Assembly: GCA_977030845.1 (NCBI GenBank)
Contig: OZ365118.1
Span: 14,570,001 to 14,634,000 of the forward strand
Source: Fimbriosthenelais zetlandica
Lineage: Eukaryota
Direction: 5' to 3'
Length of the DNA: 64,000 nt
Of this stretch, positions 59,669 through 64,000 are shown piece after piece; position 1 is the first letter of the stretch; each line of letters opens with the position of its first letter. The notes below the pieces were generated by a model, which worked only from the letters and a program-made list of their open reading frames with translations, was not told the origin of the DNA and did no database searches. The translations under genes were made by a program, and so were the position numbers.

Positions 59669-59796
59669 CATTAGTCATTTGGTGAGCTTCACTTTCCACT
59701 TTCAATTCATTAGTCATTTGATAAGTTTGACTTTCCATTTTCATTGGTCATTTTGGTGAGTTTGGTTTCCATTTTCATTAGTCATTTGCTGAGTTG
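59669..59796. repeat. About 35-bp degenerate tandem repeat
   Basis: About 3.5 copies beginning CATTAGTCATTTG, with TTTCCATTTT-like spacers. Confidence 0.8.
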
Positions 59797-62700
59797 TGGC
59801 AGAATTTCAGAACGTCTTTCCATACGTAACTCAGGCCTAAATAGCCAGTCCAGACTGACTGACCATTGGACAGTGTAAGGTGGGTGGTGGACATGCAGCT
59901 CTCTCTCCTCCCAGCTTCATCTGAGAGCCTTACCTCACTGATAGGAATATTCCATTATTAATGGCAGGATAATGCCTGCCTTTCCTCCTACCCACCCCCC
60001 TCCCCCTCCCCATCCTCCCCATCCTCCCCATCTCCCAGTCCCATCCCAAAACCCCGCATAGCGGAAATGACGCATCTCGACCAAACGAGAGAAGACGGAG
60101 AGTCGTCATAAACCAACAGACAAAGCCGCTCTGGTGGTGAGCCCATCAGGCGTGTTCATGGTGCGGACACCCTCACAAAACCCAAACACGAGCTGCTCTC
60201 TCCCCGAGCTCAGCCCTGCCATTATGCTCACCACTAATACATAACCTACTCCATGCAGTCCCAGCCCAGCTCCAGCCACAATTCAAAGCTGTGTTCACAG
60301 AGAAGTGCCGCATTGAAGAAGTATGAAGAGGACTTGAAGGGAGTGAAGTGGTCAATGGAAAGTGTAAGCTTGTTGCTTCGCAAGGCGCGGTTTGGAGAGG
60401 TTGGTGGGGGTGGGAGGATGGTGAGGAATGAGGAGAAATGTCCGCGGAAAGTGGGAAGTGTCAAAAAGTGGAATGAAAGGGAAGAAAAATGGGAAAATCG
60501 AGAATGGGATGACAGATGGGCGAAGGAATAAGAGGGACATGGGGAATGAATGGGCGAGAAGAAAAGCAGGGGAAAGGATGGAGAGAGGCAGCTAAGAATT
60601 GGAAGAGGGGAGAGGAAGTTCCGAGGAGTCAGATCTTTAAAGGTAAATCATCATCTTTAAAGATGATATATATAGTATAATATTATATTGTACTATATAG
60701 TATAGTACCCTGATGAAAGTTCTTGAAAACCTATATGATTTGTTGGTAATTTCAGTCCTATCATTTATCCAGCCTGCTTGGTAGTCCCCCACCTTTAGAG
60801 ATGTCCTAACCCAAATAAGCCAGGTTATAAAGGGGAGACCTCCCAAACCATTCACAAAACAATACCCCCTCCAAGCCCCGAAAGGATCAAAGAGCTTGAG
60901 TTGGAAACTTCCACCTAGTGAACATCTTTAGGTTGACTTTAGAGAGATCCAAGCTAACTGGGGAAGCAATCTGCCTCTGTGATAGCGCGCCCGGTCAAGT
61001 AGCCTGTAAAAACTGCGCTCCTGGATGGAGGAGGGATGGAGAGAGACTGGGGTGGGGCTTTTGTATGCATTCTGACGGTGGGAGGGCTGACATTTGAGGA
61101 GGGGAACCCGGGCAGACTTGACCGAGGCTCCTGTTTGAGACACGATTAAGATGGCAATTTGCTGCTGGCACGGAGCACGGCCACCCTCCTGATTGTCTGC
61201 TAACTTGGAGATTTACACGTGAGATGGGTGAAACAGAGATGATCATGCCCCCCCCCCCCCCTATACGAATCACTCCCCTCCACAACCGCCCACTGTAGTA
61301 TCTGCCCCTCTAGTCCTCTCTCTCTTCCTTTTTCCCCCCTCTCCCCTCTTTTCCTATCTTCTCCTAGCCATCTTCCTTTTCCATTTATCCCTTCTTCTCT
61401 GCACCCTTAACTCCCATTTGCCTCCATTGATTCCCTACCGCTTAATGTCCATCAAGACATGAAGGTCCTCACCACAATCTCGGCCGTAGCAGATGTTAAA
61501 ATATGAAGTTTTACCACCCCCCCCCCCCCCCCCCCACCCCCACCCCCCAAAAAAAATCCAGCCATTATCCCCCGATGCCACCAAAGATGCAGGAGAAACC
61601 AAGCTTGGATGTGTGAATGGCCACAGCTATAAGAGTGGTGACTTCCTTGCCTTTGATTATTTCAGGTTAATGGACTTGACGATGCTCTTAACTCATGTTT
61701 ATTTACGAGCACGAGCTCCCATGTGTCACTTTTCTGAGTTGTTTAATAGCTTCTGCCCATCGTCTGTTTGTCCCACCTGGCATGGTGCAGTCCGTCTGAG
61801 AGGCATCTTATGATAGACGCTCTGTCTGGCCAAGTTATGGGAGTACTCTTAATGAAAATGAAAATGTGCGACTGCATCGGTGCTCTCTTGTATTGCTCAT
61901 CTAAATCTAACCATAAAAAGTTCTTGTTTTTGCACCAAAGTGATTTATGCGATAGATTTAAAAAAAATATATTTGAGAGGATTTGGAGATCTATAATAAG
62001 TCTTGTAAGGGAATTTGAGATATATAGCCGAAGGTTTTCTATGTTCCTTTTTATTGGAACCAGGGAAGAGAGGGATGGAGAAGCAAGCAGAGAAAGCTTC
62101 GGAAAGAGAGTGACGGGGAGGGAGAGAGACGGGGGGGGGGGGTTAGTAGCGGTTGAGGGGGCCGGGGGAGGGGGGGCGGGGTTGAGATGGGGAGTCTCAT
62201 GTTAATAGCATGTTGGATCCTGCCGGATCTTGGTTAATGAGTATTTGAGAATCCGCCTCATCTTCCTCATCATGTGGTATAGCCTGGGGTCGGTTGCGTG
62301 GACTCACTCACTGAGTGCTGTCATTCTCTAAGTAATGAAACAAAACTCGAATACTACATGATTGAAAGTATTATTCACTGCAGTGCTTAATTACACTTAG
62401 TTCGCCATTGCCAAACCATTTACATGTACCAGTTTTTAGACGACAGTTGTCGAATCTTCCATATATAAGACATATCATATATACGATCAAAAGATCATCA
62501 AAACCATTTTGGGGGATGGTCCTTTTGGGTGATTGTCCTACCAGTGATTTTCTCAACAATTGAAAGTAAAAAAACATAGAAGGTATTTGGGGTCAAGCTC
62601 TTCATTGAGACATGTTGAAGTAGACCCTTTCCCATCGCCTTCGTGTTATTTTCTCTTCTGTAAACCAATAGCGATTAAATAGTATCCTTACCCAGGGGAA

Positions 62701-64000
62701 AAAAGTTTTATGGTCGGGGCCCTAGGAATGCATAGATCTATTTGAGGACGCTATGAAAATCATGTATACTCATAGAATTCTAGTTGATATGTCCGGACAC
62801 GTAGCACTGCTATGATAGATTGGGGTGTCCATCCCCACGCTAGCCTAGACCAATCAGTCGAGGTGAAGTGGGCTTTATACCTACGGTGATTAATTCTCCA
62901 TTTCTTTCTATACTTCGTACTGGTGCCAACAAAAATACAGCCACACGTTTCCAATTGCCTAGCCATTGTTGGAAGCGTTGTCAAACCTTTTGCCCATGGT
63001 TATTTTATGGTCTTCTGCCCATCGCACAACATATATTTTTCCTCCGTGCAAACTATTTTGTCGACAGTCGGTTATGCTATGGGCTGATCTTATGAATTTA
63101 TTATATTGTTGGCACTTGACCATTTTCTTAAAGGACCTCTGTGTGCCTTTTAGTACATGACCCATGAAATGTCATCCTGTATATTACAATAATTATTAAT
63201 ACATGACAAATATTGTTCCTGTGTAATTCATTTTTGAACATTTTCTGCTTGGGCGGAAAAAGCCTGACTCAGGCATTGGTTTTGCTGTAAGGTATATTCA
63301 TCCCCTTTTATTTGCCTTTGTATCTTTGCCTAATAATTATCGTGGTGAGAGAGGAGGATGGTATTAGGGTGGGGGGTTCGTGTGTGTGGAATGGCTGGGT
63401 TTGGGGGCGGGGGGGGGGGGGTGCAGGAAGGGAAGTCTAATAAAACAATGATAATGATAGCTTACCACCCAGTCGTGAGGCGTGCAGCCAACATCTAGTG
63501 AGGGGCTCAGGGTAATTGGGGGATGAGGTGTGGTGGTGTGGTGGGGGGGGGGGGGGGGGGGGAGAAGGGGTGATGATCGGGACAGGAATGTATCCTCGGG
63601 ACCCAATGAGATTGATTTTGCCACATTTTTTTTGAGGCTGAGATTGACCGTGGGAGGGGAGTTTGTTGGGGGAATCGTTTCTTAAGCCCATAGGGATGGG
63701 AGTTTTTTTTGTGTGTGGGAGGTGGGATTCTCCCCGTGGCACATCTGAGGTGTGAAGATGTGTTATGGAAGCCGGATCTGGCGAGAGATTCATTGTAAGA
63801 TATATAGCTTGAGGGTGTTTGAAATGGGTGAAAAGTAAAGAGGTACTGGCCCATAGGGTGGGACGTGTTGGTGTGTGTGTGGGTGGGTGGAGATGATGGG
63901 GATGATGGGTGGGGGGGGGGGGCGGTGGGGCAAGGTAGGAGGAGGTGGGGAGAGAGGGGGAATCACATAGGCCGTGTAATTACTGAAGCTAGCTTTCTCT

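Overview
AT-rich eukaryotic (animal, probably invertebrate/lophotrochozoan-like) genomic DNA with spliceosomal introns; no CRISPR array, rRNA or tRNA was recognised. Six protein-coding genes can be reconstructed by hand. On the + strand: a multi-ankyrin + SOCS-box gene (main exon 5381-6803, probable upstream coding exon 4666-4727), a single-ankyrin + SOCS-box gene (7592-8752), UQCRQ (9919-10563, 2 coding exons) and a 4-finger C2H2 zinc-finger gene (large exon 23382-25274). At the right end ALKBH8 (- strand, 11 coding exons, 50810-46843) lies head-to-head with THOC2 (+ strand, first 8 exons, 51018-58118, incomplete in the window). About 19 kb (26-45 kb) has no recognisable CDS but carries promoter-like blocks. 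Small MITE-like inverted repeats, minisatellites and long G/C tracts are scattered throughout. The best leads are an apparently non-canonical (TT) or 4-nt-shifted splice junction in ALKBH8, an unrecognised N-terminal domain on the zinc-finger protein, a THAP-like fragment next to 15-bp repeats, an orphan promoter at about 45 kb and two pre-miRNA-sized hairpins. I found no convincing evidence of a wholly new biological system. All gene models come from manual translation and remembered homologues, not from database searches.
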